Positions 1 through 7,551 of a stretch of DNA of 64,000 nucleotides are shown piece by piece. The notes under the pieces are model-generated. The model was not told the origin of the DNA and searched no databases. It saw only the letters and a program-made list of their open reading frames with translations. The position numbers and the translations under genes are program-made. Numbering within the stretch: the stretch's first letter is position 1; every line of letters begins with the position of its first letter. The DNA comes from Escherichia phage BF17, in the sequence record MW822008.1, one strand, 5' to 3'.

Positions 1-364
1 AGTAGGCAGAGGAAGTCTGCCGTACTTTTTAGTTTCCAAGCTCCTTTTCCATTTTTCAAATTACATCAAATGTAATCAAAAGTAATCACGCAATGATTAG
101 TACTGAATTATTACTTTCACCTTAATTTCAATTACCCTTTTACCCGTCGGGGTAAAATTCAATTACCCCTTGAGGCTCCAGAAAAAAGTTGGTTAGTACT
201 CCATCCTAAATCTCGATCCTAAAAATTTTGGAGTACCTATGAAATAAAAGTTGGATCTTCGAAAGTTGAAATTTACGTTGGGACGTTTATGATTTGTGGG
301 ATATAATGATGTTTGTAGACGGGTAGTTCTCAAGAATATCAGTACTGAATAATGAAAGAAAGTT

Positions 365-393
365 ATTGACATTATGATTCAGTACTGTATAAT
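365..393 (+). promoter_or_regulatory. sigma70-like promoter in leader region (TTGACA-17-TATAAT)
   Basis: TTGACA 365-370, TATAAT 388-393, AGTACTG immediately upstream of -10. Confidence 0.5.
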
Positions 394-584
394 GTTCTAC
401 ATAGCTTCAAGGGTGATGAGTTGCTGCGAACAATTCATTTACTCTACCTCCTGTCGTGAGACAGTACAGAAAAGATAGTTCCTCCTGTGGTGGTACATCT
501 TTTTGAACCTCATATGAAAATCGTAATAACAGTACTGATATTAACAGAATGGTGTCAGTACTGATTTTAATCTAAAGCATTATG

Positions 585-604
585 CCACCAGCACAAGCTG
601 GTGG
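585..604. other. Inverted Chi pair CCACCAGC-acaa-GCTGGTGG
   Basis: CCACCAGC 585-592 and GCTGGTGG 597-604 read directly. Confidence 0.6.
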
Positions 605-729
605 ATTCCCTCTAACAGTATTCAGTACTACATGATAGTCTTCATCCTCCTAGGGTAACATAGTGAGGGCTATGATGGCAGTACTGAATACTCCCTTTCA
701 AAAGATAGATCTATGGTATAGTACTGACG

Positions 730-920
730 GATTTTGGGCGTAGTTACCCTGGATGGATTTTGGACGTAGATATGTCTAGCCCTCCAGAAGTCTGGAAGTA
801 AAGATGGCTATCCATCTAGACGGCTAAACGGCTAGATTTCTGGATGGCTAGATGGCTAGACGTTTGGACGGCTAAACGGCTAGATGGTTACACGTCTGGA
901 AGTATAGACGGCTAAATCAA
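730..920. repeat. Iteron-like short direct repeats (GGCTA[GA]A[TC]GG x8; GTCTGGAAGTA x2; GGATTTTGGRCGTAG x2)
   Basis: direct repeats visible at 731-770 and 790-915; candidate origin or packaging region. Confidence 0.65.
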
Positions 921-1085
921 AATTTTATTTTGTTTTTCCAATAGTTCCCCTACCGCGTGGGGATAGTTTCCCCGCAGTATCTGGAGTTAGATTTTTCTGA
1001 ATCTGGAATCATTATCTTATAAACTGGGGGCAATGTCAACGACCTGGACGGATATTTTTAAAAATTTTTTCAGTACTGAATTTTG

Positions 1086-1330
1086 GGCGTAACTATGCAC
1101 CCGGTGGGCTTGAGTCTTTCTCGACTTGATGGAACTATTATACAGTACTGAAAAAATAAAGCAATACCCTGGAAGCAAAAAAGTTTTAATTAATTTGCTT
1201 GCTATCCTGGGCCGGACTATGGTACTATATTTCAGTACTGAGAAAGTGCGTTTACCTGCTAGGGTGCGGGAGTGTATCCTTTTTTTATATCTTGAATTTT
1301 GGGCGTAATTTCGCACCCTCTGGGGTTTCC
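1086..1330. promoter_or_regulatory. Promoter-like sites with conserved downstream CCCACCGGGTGCATA-type elements in both orientations
   Basis: minus-strand TATAAT-like with element at about 1093-1108; plus-strand AGGGTGCGGGAGTGTATCC 1261-1280 then T-run; minus element about 1300-1320. Confidence 0.45.
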
Positions 1331-1673
1331 GCTTTCTCGCGTCTATGTAGTAATTATACGCTTTTTCAGGATCAAGTCAATACCTAAAAACAAAATAATT
1401 GAAAATAATTTAACGCGTTTAAACGGCCCGTAAAGCCCTGGAATGATTGGAATGGTGCAAATGTATAGCTTATGTGTATTAATGCGTTAGAATGCGTCTG
1501 AGGCCGTTTTACGGGGTATGGGGATGATTTGGTGGATTGATTCAGTACTGAATAATAGTACTACTATATAGAAAGATAGTTCCCCTGGATGGTTGCAGTA
1601 CTGAATGATAGTACTGAATAATAGTTCCCCTATATAGAAAGAAAACTATTTTAAAAGTATTTGTAGAAAGTAC

Positions 1674-1701
1674 TTGCAAACTAAGTTTAACGGCGTATAA
1701 T
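1674..1701 (+). promoter_or_regulatory. sigma70 promoter (TTGCAA-16-TATAAT) with 5' stem-loop
   Basis: TTGCAA 1674-1679, TATAAT 1696-1701; hairpin AGCGGGAAcactTTCCCGCT about 1714-1733. Confidence 0.7.
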
Positions 1702-1756
1702 GTTTTACATCGAGAGCGGGAACACTTCCCGCTACATATTACGAGAGATTAAAACG

Positions 1757-2119
1757 ATGGCGACTCAAATCACTAAAATTATTGCTAACCTGGTTAACTT
1801 TCGCGACGAGATGAAAGATCTTCCGGCAGAAACGGTAAAAATTCACATTTCAGCTTATCGGGAACTTATTGCAATGTTACCGCTTAAGCGTGAACAATAC
1901 GCCGCGACCGTGATGCTTGATGCGATGATCCATAAGATGATCGCCAGTGATTTAACGATGGTTTATCAGTATATGGGCGAAAATTTCGCGGTGTATAGTA
2001 AACCAGTACCAGGAATGGAAAGTACAGAAGTATTACACGGTTTAAATTTAAAACAAGATGCATGGGATAATATGCCTCGTTTCCTGGTATGGGCTGACAG
2101 TGGCAAAATTTACGAATAA
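1757..2119 (+). CDS. hypothetical protein (120 aa)
   Basis: internal ATG 1757 of ORF 1700; track start lies in promoter -10; promoter + stem-loop upstream. Confidence 0.7.
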   Translation: MATQITKIIANLVNFRDEMKDLPAETVKIHISAYRELIAMLPLKREQYAATVMLDAMIHKMIASDLTMVYQYMGENFAVYSKPVPGMESTEVLHGLNLKQDAWDNMPRFLVWADSGKIYE

Positions 2120-2133
2120 GTTTAATAAAGTAC

Positions 2134-2161
2134 TTGCAAACTAAGTTTAAAAGCGTATAAT
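2134..2161 (+). promoter_or_regulatory. sigma70 promoter with 5' stem-loop
   Basis: TTGCAA 2134-2139, TATAAT 2156-2161, hairpin GTGGGGAAtagtTCCCCAC 2173-2191. Confidence 0.7.
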
Positions 2162-2213
2162 ACTTTACATCAGGTGGGGAATAGTTCCCCACTATAATTA
2201 AGAGATTAATTTT

Positions 2214-2447
2214 ATGAGTACTATTTTAACTGTTTCTCAATCCGTTGCACTGACTGACCTATTAAACGCTTTAAGCCGTTGCACTGAGGTTGGCTTGTTT
2301 GATGTGGTTGACGTTGCACCGGACGTTATTAATCATTTTTGTGATGCGATGGAAGAATGTAAGGAAGATGATAGCCGTATGATGGCGGTCGCCTTTGAGG
2401 AAGTACAGCCGGGTGAGATCAAAGGTTTACCAGTACTGAAAAAATAG
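2214..2447 (+). CDS. hypothetical protein (77 aa)
   Basis: ORF track; promoter + stem-loop upstream; weak AAGAG RBS. Confidence 0.7.
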   Translation: MSTILTVSQSVALTDLLNALSRCTEVGLFDVVDVAPDVINHFCDAMEECKEDDSRMMAVAFEEVQPGEIKGLPVLKK

Positions 2448-2450
2448 TAC

Positions 2451-2478
2451 TTGCAAACTAAGTTTAAAAGCGTATAAT
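2451..2478 (+). promoter_or_regulatory. sigma70 promoter with 5' stem-loop
   Basis: TTGCAA 2451-2456, TATAAT 2473-2478. Confidence 0.7.
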
Positions 2479-2529
2479 ACTTTCTATCAGGTGGTGAATA
2501 GTTCCCCACTATATAAGAGGATTAAAAAA

Positions 2530-2769
2530 ATGGCTAAATCAAAAATGTTCTTAGGTCACAAAAACAAAACTCATTGGAATGTAAGCCTTTGGATTAATAA
2601 CGATGAGTCATTGTACCGGTTGGCCCAGGACTTTATTAATGATAGCACTAATCGCAATGATGCGGCCCGTCATATGATGCTATTTTTAGAACAGACTGGA
2701 CAAGATAAAACACCGGACGGATTCAAATATAGCACTACTGCGATCCGTGCGGCGATGGTTGGAATGTAA
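2530..2769 (+). CDS. hypothetical protein (79 aa); paralog of 4570..4809
   Basis: ATG 2530 with RBS AAGAGGA; shares HKNKT(H/Q)WNVSLWINN...TPDGFKYSTTAIRAAMVGM with 4570 gene. Confidence 0.75.
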   Translation: MAKSKMFLGHKNKTHWNVSLWINNDESLYRLAQDFINDSTNRNDAARHMMLFLEQTGQDKTPDGFKYSTTAIRAAMVGM

Positions 2770-2782
2770 TAGAATTTATTTA

Positions 2783-2819
2783 AAGTACTATCATTTTTTT
2801 GCGATAGTACTTTATAATA
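2783..2819 (+). promoter_or_regulatory. Promoter with palindromic operator-like site AAGTACTATC...GATAGTACTT
   Basis: inverted repeat 2783-2792 / 2803-2812 followed by TATAAT 2814-2819. Confidence 0.55.
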
Positions 2820-2855
2820 GTGTTTTATTCATACACCAACGATAAGGGTAACAGC

Positions 2856-3122
2856 ATGAATATTAAGTATTTTGCGACGCGTGAACAAGCTCGGATCGCC
2901 GCACGCCAGGACGGGGCAACGTTTAAAGATATGGGAGCGGGATCGGCAAGTGGTGAACGTTGGGCCATTGTAAAGCGTAGTACCGCCAGATCATTACAGT
3001 ACTGGTTAGCGGCGTTAAAAAGTCCCGATAGTGTATCGCGTCGAGTGGTAGAAATAAAGCTCGACCGAAAGGGCAACCGCGTGACCGTGTACCGTACTAA
3101 AAAGATTGCAGTACTTGAATAA
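2856..3122 (+). CDS. hypothetical protein (88 aa); paralog of 15228..15623
   Basis: ATG 2856; shares FATREQARIAAR...FKDMG...RKGNRVTVY with 15228 gene. Confidence 0.75.
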   Translation: MNIKYFATREQARIAARQDGATFKDMGAGSASGERWAIVKRSTARSLQYWLAALKSPDSVSRRVVEIKLDRKGNRVTVYRTKKIAVLE

Positions 3123-3129
3123 AAAGTAC

Positions 3130-3157
3130 TTGCAAACTATGTTTAATGGCGTATAAT
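3130..3157 (+). promoter_or_regulatory. sigma70 promoter with 5' stem-loop
   Basis: TTGCAA 3130-3135, TATAAT 3152-3157, hairpin AGCGGGAAcactTCCCGCC. Confidence 0.7.
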
Positions 3158-3209
3158 GTTTTACATCGAGAGCGGGAACACTTCCCGCCTATAACCTGGA
3201 GTAATAAAA

Positions 3210-3440
3210 ATGACTAATATGTATATGACTGAAGTTAAAACCGTAAAAGATACTACCACGAATAAAACTACTTACTTACAGCGGATCTGCGGTGTATGGC
3301 AACGTATCAGCAAATCAAAGTACTTTAAATTAACATCATATGCAAACCGTTCGGATTCATTCAGTACTGAAATAAAAGGTAATAAAGTACACCAATACGG
3401 CACTTATTATTATTATAGCCTGGACGCGATTGCAGTATAA
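3210..3440 (+). CDS. hypothetical protein (76 aa)
   Basis: ORF track; RBS GGAG 3198-3201. Confidence 0.7.
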   Translation: MTNMYMTEVKTVKDTTTNKTTYLQRICGVWQRISKSKYFKLTSYANRSDSFSTEIKGNKVHQYGTYYYYSLDAIAV

Positions 3441-3470
3441 GCAGTTTACAAATCTTTACAATTGCCGGTA

Positions 3471-3550
3471 TTGACTTATTTTGTCAGTACTGGCATAATG
3501 TATTCATTGGCAGATAAGCCGTAGCCCATAGGGTGCGGGAGTGTATCTAT
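3471..3550 (+). promoter_or_regulatory. Promoter (TTGACT-17-CATAAT) plus conserved transcribed element GCCCATAGGGTGCGGGAGTGTATC
   Basis: TTGACT 3471-3476, CATAAT 3494-3499, element about 3524-3550; no ORF downstream. Confidence 0.55.
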
Positions 3551-3563
3551 AGAAAAAGTAGTT

Positions 3564-3643
3564 TATTACAGTTACAATTGTGCACCCGGTGGGTTAGCTG
3601 TTGTCATGGGGTATATTATGCCAGTACTTGATAATGCTGTCAA
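3564..3643 (-). promoter_or_regulatory. Convergent minus-strand promoter (TTGACA-17-CATAAT) plus conserved element ACCCACCGGGTGCACAA
   Basis: minus-strand -35 at 3638-3643, -10 at 3615-3620, element about 3575-3595; faces the 3471 promoter. Confidence 0.55.
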
Positions 3644-3688
3644 TACTTTTTTTACTATTCAGTACTGAAAACTATTTTTAAAAAGTAC

Positions 3689-3716
3689 TTGCAAACTATG
3701 TTTAAAGGCGTATAAT
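3689..3716 (+). promoter_or_regulatory. sigma70 promoter P1 upstream of structured leader
   Basis: TTGCAA 3689-3694, TATAAT 3711-3716. Confidence 0.65.
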
Positions 3717-3721
3717 GTTTT

Positions 3722-3806
3722 ACATCAGGACGGGGAACGAAATAAGTAACTCCCCGTTAAGTAGCCCAGGAGTAAGGCACACGAAAAACTCCCCTGATAA
3801 AATAGT
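3722..3806 (+). ncRNA. Conserved structured leader / candidate small RNA between tandem promoters (copy 1)
   Basis: about 85% identical to 14031-14114; hairpin CGGGGA...TCCCCG with compensatory change in copy 2. Confidence 0.4.
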
Positions 3807-3834
3807 TTGACAAATGTTTTTAAAAGCGTATAAT
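3807..3834 (+). promoter_or_regulatory. sigma70 promoter P2 (TTGACA-16-TATAAT)
   Basis: TTGACA 3807-3812, TATAAT 3829-3834. Confidence 0.65.
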
Positions 3835-3866
3835 ACTTACATCAACTACTGAATGAGGGTTACAAA

Positions 3867-4478
3867 ATGAAAACTATCACTACTACTACTTTCGTTATGG
3901 ATTTTTCTGAATTGAACGCAGAACAAAAAACGTCAGCTATCGAACTGGTTCGGGAACGTGAAAAAAACTTAAACGATGATTATTTTTCTGAAAGTGAAAT
4001 TGAATACTATAAAGAAACAGTACTACCGGAATATGGCATTAATGACGCTGATTTACGTTTCAGTGGCTTTTGGTCCCAGGGTGACGGTGCATCAATCAGT
4101 ACTGACCACGTTGACGCAGTGAAGTTTTTACGCAAGGTAAGAGCATTAACTAAGTATCGCTCAATCCGTCACTTGCTGAATGAAGATGATTTGGCGATGA
4201 GTGTAAAGCGTTCTCACTCCCACTACTCGCATGAAAACACTGTAAGCGGGTACATTGAATCGGCTTACACTGATTTAACCGCAAAACAAGAAACGTTAGT
4301 TAATGAGCTTGAGGAACTACTCACTGAAACTATTCGTGAATTATCCCGCAAGTTGTACCGTGATTTAGAGAATGCATATGAGGATCAATTCACTACTGAA
4401 AACATTACGGCACTGATTGAGGGTAACGAATATCAATTCAATGTTATTGATGGCGTAGTAGAATCAATCGAATATTAA
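3867..4478 (+). CDS. hypothetical acidic protein (203 aa)
   Basis: ORF track; RBS GAGGG; largest module-1 ORF after the kinase-like gene. Confidence 0.75.
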   Translation: MKTITTTTFVMDFSELNAEQKTSAIELVREREKNLNDDYFSESEIEYYKETVLPEYGINDADLRFSGFWSQGDGASISTDHVDAVKFLRKVRALTKYRSIRHLLNEDDLAMSVKRSHSHYSHENTVSGYIESAYTDLTAKQETLVNELEELLTETIRELSRKLYRDLENAYEDQFTTENITALIEGNEYQFNVIDGVVESIEY

Positions 4479-4491
4479 TTTAAAAAAGTAC

Positions 4492-4519
4492 TTGCAAACT
4501 AAGTTTAAAAGCGTATAAT
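4492..4519 (+). promoter_or_regulatory. sigma70 promoter with 5' stem-loop
   Basis: TTGCAA 4492-4497, TATAAT 4514-4519, hairpin GCGGGGAgtggTTCCCCGC. Confidence 0.7.
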
Positions 4520-4569
4520 ACTTTATATCGAGGCGGGGAGTGGTTCCCCGCTCAAACGAGGATTTAAAA

Positions 4570-4809
4570 ATGGCTAGTTCTAAAACTTACAACGGGCACA
4601 AAAACAAAACTCAATGGAATGTAAGCCTTTGGATTAATAACGGTGAGTCATTGTATCGGCTTGCACAAAGTTGTATCGCACAAAGTAGAACTAAAGATAT
4701 TGCAGCGGAATGTATGTACCGCAGATTAAAAGCCAACGGTACTACTACAACGCCGGACGGTTTTAAGTATAGCACTACTGCGATCCGTGCTGCAATGGTT
4801 GGAATGTAA
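4570..4809 (+). CDS. hypothetical protein (79 aa); paralog of 2530..2769
   Basis: ATG 4570, RBS GAGGA. Confidence 0.75.
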   Translation: MASSKTYNGHKNKTQWNVSLWINNGESLYRLAQSCIAQSRTKDIAAECMYRRLKANGTTTTPDGFKYSTTAIRAAMVGM

Positions 4810-4866
4810 TATTCAGTACTGAGATAATGGCGGGTAATAGTTCCCGCCTTTACTGAGGGTTATCTA

Positions 4867-5127
4867 ATGAGTAAAGTAATAAAGTACAATGTGTTAAGCA
4901 AATCATTGTCTATCAGTGAATGCACCGATGGTTTTTGGATGTACGATGAAACGCGTGGCATGAATTTAGCTATGCGTGCAAAAACTGCTGAGGCGGCGTA
5001 TATTCAAGCACTGGAATACTACCAGGAACGTTTAAAGGAAGTAGAAGAAGATTATAAAAGCCTCAAAGCGAAAGTAGATCATTTCGTCGGTCAATTCATC
5101 GAGGAAGACGACGACAAACAATATTGA
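4867..5127 (+). CDS. hypothetical protein (86 aa)
   Basis: ORF track; RBS GAGGG; upstream stem-loop GGCGGGtaatagttCCCGCC. Confidence 0.7.
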   Translation: MSKVIKYNVLSKSLSISECTDGFWMYDETRGMNLAMRAKTAEAAYIQALEYYQERLKEVEEDYKSLKAKVDHFVGQFIEEDDDKQY

Positions 5128-5135
5128 AAAAGTAC

Positions 5136-5163
5136 TTGCAATTAGTTTTCAGTACTGTATAAT
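5136..5163 (+). promoter_or_regulatory. sigma70 promoter with 5' stem-loop
   Basis: TTGCAA 5136-5141, TATAAT 5158-5163, hairpin GGGAGAAatggTTCTCCC. Confidence 0.7.
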
Positions 5164-5213
5164 GGTTTACATCAAAGGGAGAAATGGTTCTCCCTGGTAA
5201 TGAGGAAAATAAA

Positions 5214-5435
5214 ATGGCTAATATCACTACTCTTTCCCAACTGGAAGCACTGGTTAAATCTATGCGGGAACATGCCGACAAAATCGGCGTACAAGATCCA
5301 GCCGTTTGCTTCTGCGACGAATTGAATGATGATACCCTGGTAATAGCAGAAGTCCAGGACGTTTCTAACTATTCATCGCGTTACACTGGCGGCGTAGCAA
5401 ATAAAGGTGACTTCTGTTTATACCTTACAAAATAA
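5214..5435 (+). CDS. hypothetical protein (73 aa)
   Basis: ATG 5214, RBS GAGG 5202-5205. Confidence 0.75.
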   Translation: MANITTLSQLEALVKSMREHADKIGVQDPAVCFCDELNDDTLVIAEVQDVSNYSSRYTGGVANKGDFCLYLTK

Positions 5436-5438
5436 CAA

Positions 5439-5471
5439 CGCGGGGAGATAATAACTCCCCGTTACTTTTTC
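5439..5471 (+). terminator. Rho-independent terminator
   Basis: hairpin CGGGGAGataataaCTCCCCG followed by T-run. Confidence 0.7.
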
Positions 5472-5502
5472 AGTACTGAATCATTTAATAGACGGATCTA
5501 TG

Positions 5503-5573
5503 CACCCGGTGGGTTAGTGACTGTTTCGTCTTGATGTAGTAATTATGCCAGTACTGGATGCACTTGTCAACAA
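5503..5573 (-). promoter_or_regulatory. Minus-strand promoter (TTGACA-17-CATAAT) plus conserved ACCCACCGGGTGCATAG element
   Basis: -35 at 5568-5573, -10 at 5545-5550, element about 5503-5518; no minus-strand ORF. Confidence 0.5.
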
Positions 5574-5603
5574 CTATTTTTCAAATACTTTTTATTAAAA
5601 TAC

Positions 5604-5631
5604 TTGCAATTAGTTTTTAAACGCGTATAAT
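5604..5631 (+). promoter_or_regulatory. sigma70 promoter with 5' stem-loop
   Basis: TTGCAA 5604-5609, TATAAT 5626-5631. Confidence 0.7.
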
Positions 5632-5678
5632 GTTTTGCATAGGGGGAGCGGTTCCCCTGGTAACTAAGGAATAATAAA

Positions 5679-5915
5679 ATGCTTGAACAAATCAAATCAA
5701 CGTCTTCGAATGTAACGGGAACGGTAGCACACTTTACTAGTGATGAATCGCGGGGCGTTCCCTATTGTGCTGTACATGTAAACACTGAGGGTAACTACTG
5801 GTTTACGGTTTACGGATCATATTCATTTGGACGGCCAGGGCATCAAAAAATTCTGGATAAAGTACAACCAACGGGTAAAAATATCACTGCTGAAATGTTT
5901 TATAAAAAATCATAA
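5679..5915 (+). CDS. hypothetical protein (78 aa)
   Basis: ORF track; RBS AAGGA. Confidence 0.75.
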   Translation: MLEQIKSTSSNVTGTVAHFTSDESRGVPYCAVHVNTEGNYWFTVYGSYSFGRPGHQKILDKVQPTGKNITAEMFYKKS

Positions 5916-5920
5916 AGTAC

Positions 5921-5948
5921 TTGATAATAGTTTTTAGTACTGTATAAT
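5921..5948 (+). promoter_or_regulatory. sigma70 promoter with 5' stem-loop
   Basis: TTGATA 5921-5926, TATAAT 5943-5948, hairpin GGGGGAGCGGTTCCCCC. Confidence 0.65.
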
Positions 5949-5999
5949 ATTTTACATCGCAAGGGGGAGCGGTTCCCCCTGGTAACTAAGGATAATCAA

Positions 6000-6299
6000 A
6001 TGAAAATTGCAATCATCGCCCTGGCTTTATCTGTTTCCTCTTTCGCTGTTAATGCGTCATTAGATGTAAGTAGTGAAAAATTCATTCAGTGCACTGTTGC
6101 AATGACCGATGAAAGTACTGGCGAGATTGTTTTAAAGGATTTAGAGATCCAGCCGGAAGCATTTAAAAACGGGCCGTTCCATGAAGAAGACGAAAAAGGT
6201 AGCACGACAATTTATTACGATGCAAGTACTAAACGCGGTTCGGTCACTGTTATGGATACTGAGAAAGTAACTCATACTGGCGTTATTAATTGCCGTTGA
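6000..6299 (+). CDS. secreted/periplasmic hypothetical protein (99 aa) with N-terminal signal peptide
   Basis: MKIAIIALALSVSSFAVNA-S: hydrophobic core plus AxA-like cleavage site. Confidence 0.75.
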   Translation: MKIAIIALALSVSSFAVNASLDVSSEKFIQCTVAMTDESTGEIVLKDLEIQPEAFKNGPFHEEDEKGSTTIYYDASTKRGSVTVMDTEKVTHTGVINCR

Positions 6300-6320
6300 T
6301 ATATACTACGGGGTAACATC

Positions 6321-6551
6321 ATGACTAAGCGAATTGTTTTACTTAACGAAAGCAGTACTACACAACTACTTAACGCCGTGCATTATGATATTGAAACGAG
6401 CGTTAATCTTATCAGTACTGTAGTACTGTTGGACACTGGAAAGGTCGCCAATGATAAAGCGATTGCAGGTATACTAACGGATCTTGAGCCTGGTAGCAGT
6501 GCATCAATAACGTTAAATGGTAAAGTGTTTAACATTTTACTTACTGATTAA
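6321..6551 (+). CDS. hypothetical protein (76 aa)
   Basis: ORF track; RBS GGGG; same operon as 6000 gene. Confidence 0.65.
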   Translation: MTKRIVLLNESSTTQLLNAVHYDIETSVNLISTVVLLDTGKVANDKAIAGILTDLEPGSSASITLNGKVFNILLTD

Positions 6552-6555
6552 GTAC

Positions 6556-6586
6556 ATAGCCCACCTGGTGGGCTTTTTTGTTTTTG
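6556..6586 (+). terminator. Rho-independent terminator
   Basis: hairpin AGCCCACCtGGTGGGCT then TTTTTTG. Confidence 0.7.
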
Positions 6587-6633
6587 TAGTATCGTAGTAC
6601 TGAGATACTTTGAAAATAGTTTTAAAAAAGTAG

Positions 6634-6661
6634 TTGACATTACCGCAGAAAAGCGTAGAAT
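6634..6661 (+). promoter_or_regulatory. sigma70-like promoter (TTGACA-16-TAGAAT) with long diverged leader
   Basis: TTGACA 6634-6639, TAGAAT 6656-6661; leader 6668-6770 related to the 3722/14031 leaders. Confidence 0.6.
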
Positions 6662-6784
6662 GTATTACATCAAGACGGGGAGCACTAAGTAGACCGCCAG
6701 TAAGTCGAACGAAAAACTGGACACGTCGAGAAAACTTTGATACACTAATAAACGTAAACTAAACTTTAATTGAGGATTTATAAA

Positions 6785-7267
6785 ATGGCTAATGTAAAAT
6801 CATTCATCAAAGCACTGGTAGCAAATGAAACTAACGTCGCGGCTGAGATCCTGGCTGAACTGGATAACGATACCATGAAAGCGGTACGCAATAATTTTAA
6901 CATCGCGTACAGTACTGCGAAAGAACTACAAGCAAATAAAGCGGCAGAAATTGAAGCGGCAAAGGCGGCCCGTGAAGCAGAACTACAAGCAACAATCGAA
7001 AGTATTCAGGCGGCAGTAGTTGGATTGGATCTGGAAGTAGTTACAGAGATGGCACAAAAAGCCCTGGCGGTTAAGTATGGGGAAGACAAGCCAGAAGTAA
7101 AAGCCAAAAAATGGATTCAGGAACGCGTAGCGGTAGTACTGGACAACGGGGAAGAATATCTGATTCCGGTGCGTGGTAACTGCATTGCGGTAGTACTGGA
7201 CGCGATTAACTCCAGTGGTATGACTCGCGAGGAATGGATCGAAGCTCATCGCAAAGTTGAAGCATAA
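6785..7267 (+). CDS. hypothetical protein (160 aa), Ala/Glu-rich helical N-terminal part
   Basis: ATG 6785 with RBS GAGG 6772-6775. Confidence 0.75.
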   Translation: MANVKSFIKALVANETNVAAEILAELDNDTMKAVRNNFNIAYSTAKELQANKAAEIEAAKAAREAELQATIESIQAAVVGLDLEVVTEMAQKALAVKYGEDKPEVKAKKWIQERVAVVLDNGEEYLIPVRGNCIAVVLDAINSSGMTREEWIEAHRKVEA

Positions 7268-7286
7268 CAATTAAAGTACTGAATCA

Positions 7287-7318
7287 CTAGCCCACTTATA
7301 CAGTGGGCTTTTTTGTGT
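7287..7318 (+). terminator. Rho-independent terminator
   Basis: hairpin AGCCCACTtatacAGTGGGCT then TTTTTTG. Confidence 0.75.
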
Positions 7319-7324
7319 TTATCG

Positions 7325-7440
7325 TTTACCAGGCCACCAGCACCGCCTAGAAACGATTCTAACGCATTAAACTGATTATCTGATGCATCACCCTAGCTGG
7401 TGGCGTTAAGGTCGTTAGAATGCGATTGAGTGCGTTTAAA
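7325..7440. repeat. Large imperfect palindrome with Chi octamers on both arms and TTAGAATGCG motifs
   Basis: CCACCAGC 7334-7341 and GCTGGTGG 7396-7403; ATTCTAACGCATT / CGTTAGAATGCG inside. Confidence 0.5.
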
Positions 7441-7468
7441 GTATTTTACAAAAAGTAATAAAAAGTAC

Positions 7469-7496
7469 TTGCACGATTAAGAGATTAGCGTATAAT
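7469..7496 (+). promoter_or_regulatory. sigma70 promoter with 5' stem-loop
   Basis: TTGCAC 7469-7474, TATAAT 7491-7496, hairpin GGGGGAAacggTTCTCC. Confidence 0.7.
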
Positions 7497-7551
7497 GTTT
7501 TACATCGAGAGGGGGAAACGGTTCTCCTTCCAAATCAAAGGAATCAAAACA

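Larger units (their letters stand above)
320..1640. repeat. ORF-free region with dense cluster (about 15 copies) of the palindrome (C)AGTACT(G)
   Basis: AGTACT at 341, 381, about 537/557, 612, 683, 722, 1071, 1145, 1241, 1543-1560, 1595-1615; no ORF with RBS. Confidence 0.7.

Noticed and set aside
1017-1387. ORF-track entries 1017..1316 (-), 1126..1308 (+), 1199..1387 (+)
   Set aside because: They lie in the repeat-rich leader, lack RBS and promoter context, and overlap promoter-like and conserved elements; likely non-coding.
3867-4478. Assigning gene 3867 (203 aa, acidic) to an anti-restriction (ArdA-like) family
   Set aside because: Only compositional resemblance (acidic, early location); no diagnostic motif recognised, so left as hypothetical.
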